This document shows positions 62,180-64,000 of a stretch of DNA of 64,000 nucleotides, piece by piece. Below the pieces are notes generated by a model that did not search any database, was not told the origin of the DNA, and saw nothing but the letters and a program-made list of their open reading frames with translations. A program made the translations under genes and the position numbers. The DNA is from Takakia lepidozioides (Eukaryota > Plantae > Bryophyta), in the NCBI GenBank assembly GCA_030704615.1, contig CM060732.1, forward strand, positions 67,890,001 to 67,954,000, given 5' to 3'. Numbering within the stretch: the stretch's first letter is position 1; every line of letters begins with the position of its first letter.

Positions 62180-64000
62180 GCACAAAGCTTTGACCCTTAG
62201 GACATGCGGGCTCAACTCGCTCAGGTTAAGGAGGCTCGAGCACAGGGACACTACGCCGTGTTCCGAATGGCAGAGTCACAGCTCGAGAACAGCAAAGTCG
62301 ACCCTCTAACTCCAAATAGGGGTTGGGGTCCCATGAGACCAACTCACGCTCGCATCTGCACATAGGCTCATGGAATTGCAATGGTTCGTTGTGGAGCCAT
62401 CCTCAAGGGCTTCTCGATATCCTCTCCAAATGTGATATTCTCTTTCTATTGGAAACACATGCATACGAAGGCAAAGAGCCTCCCCCGATTCGCGGGTATA
62501 GTTTTCAGTCAGTCACTCGTCCACGCACAGGACTCAAAGGCTCTGGTGGAGTAACTTGTTACTATGCTGACTGGCTTCTCCCACATATCTCCTTCCAATA
62601 CAAAGACCCATTGGCAAGGTACATTTGGTGTCACATCAAAGGCTACCAAACATTCTACTGGCGGGATGTTACTTTGCCCCGGCTGCATCTCCACACAGTG
62701 GCCTCCACATGTGAACTGATTCACCCTATGTTCAACTGGAAGAGGATATAGCCCATCTCTGTACTCCACACACAGACATATTCTTGGTTGGCGACTTCAA
62801 CGCCCGAACAGGTTCTCTACAGGCTCCAACCTTTGACCCCACGGACCCTCAACACATCCAACACTCACATGGGACCCTGGAGAGGCAAAGTCCGGACGTC
62901 TCTAGCGAAATCACAAGCTATGGTCACCATCTACTTAAGTTTTGCGAGATTCAGGGACTTGTCATCTACAATGGCACGACCACTTTCAAATCCTCGAGCC
63001 AGTTCACCTGCCACACGTACAAAGGCCAGAGCGTGGTTGACTATCTCTTGGGGAGCCCCAACACAATTGATAGAGTTAGCTCTTTCTACATCACAAGGTA
63101 CCCAGATTCTGATCACTCTTGCCTTTCCTTTGTATTTCCTTCCATCCCTCTCCACGTCAGGGGGGGTTCCTCTGCTTCTCTCCCTTCACACCCTCGTATT
63201 CACTTCAATACCCCCTTCTCTCACTTACACGACGCTGATTATGAAACCTACCTAGCTTCAATCCTCCCCTCCATCTTTGCTCGACCATCTACTGATGACA
63301 AGGCTACCCACCTAACACATGCTCTATGGGACGCAGCACTGCGCTCCTTCCCAGTCACTCTCCCATCTACCTCCTCACCCCTCTCCACCCGTAGATATGC
63401 ACCTTTCTATGACGAAGAATGCAAAGTGGCTAGACGTCACATCAAATCTCTACTCATAGATATCCATTCCTCTACACAGTCCAAAAAGGCATGAGTATGC
63501 CCAATCTTTGTATCATTCCCCCAAACCAAACTCCCTCTCCCATAACCTCTAAACCCCTACACTTCTCCCTCTTTACTACAACCAACGTCAGCAAGGCAAT
63601 CAAGAAGCTGCGAAATGGCAGGGCATTGGATATTTCAGGGCTACAGGGTGAATTCATCAAGCACGCATCACCCACTTTGGCCCCGTTTATAGCTTACCTC
63701 TTCAATGAGGCAGTGCAACATGGCTTTCCAACAGAGTGGACAAAGAGCATCATCCATCCCCTCTTCAAGAGCGGTGACAGGCTCGCACCGACCAACTGTC
63801 GCACAATTATGGTGTCATCGCTATTGGCTAAGCTGTTTGTGGCAGTGGTGGCCATGGAGTTGGATGATTGGGCTGAATCCTCTCACATACGGGCTAAGGG
63901 ACAAGCTGGTTTCCGTCGCAATAGATCCACTCTTGACCACATCTTCACTCTTCAGGTTATGGTGGAAAGTGCTCGCTTCGACAAAAAACTGGTTTACGTC
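62180..64000 (+). mobile_element. Second LINE family (B): ORF1 tail, APE endonuclease and RT start; frameshifted, internally deleted and running off the window
   Basis: VKEARAQGHYAVFR (ORF1-like), IGSWNCNG, FLLETH, VGDFNARTG, SVVDY, SDH, then KKLRNGRA...PLFKSGD...QAGFRRNRSTLDHIFTL. Confidence 0.88.

Overview
Eukaryotic nuclear DNA from a land plant, probably a non-seed plant (inferred from the PLS-DYW PPR gene, gene content and TE types). Most genes are spliced, so the ORF track captures them only in part. Apparently intact genes: an AT5G40520-like uncharacterised protein (+, 13550-17659), the branched-chain 2-oxoacid dehydrogenase E2 subunit BCE2/DIN3 (-, 32981-40914), a DUF4787 protein (+, 47862-50093) and an F-box/kelch protein (+, 54136-55323). 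The most interesting gene is a 5-exon chimera (-, 43302-46994). It joins an organellar transit peptide and two OSB/PTAC9-type PDF ssDNA-binding motifs in frame to a PLS-PPR array and a DYW cytidine deaminase ending in EYW. The window also holds a fungal-like Cys-rich secreted protein gene with a frameshift, a LACS6/7 pseudogene remnant and a duplicated 5' end of BCE2. Mobile elements include a LINE family that inserts repeatedly at (TC)n microsatellites, a second LINE family, piggyBac transposase and MITE copies, a hAT-like element with a nested SINE, LTR element and piggyBac MITE, and Ty3/gypsy fragments. All exon models were read by eye and no database searches were run.
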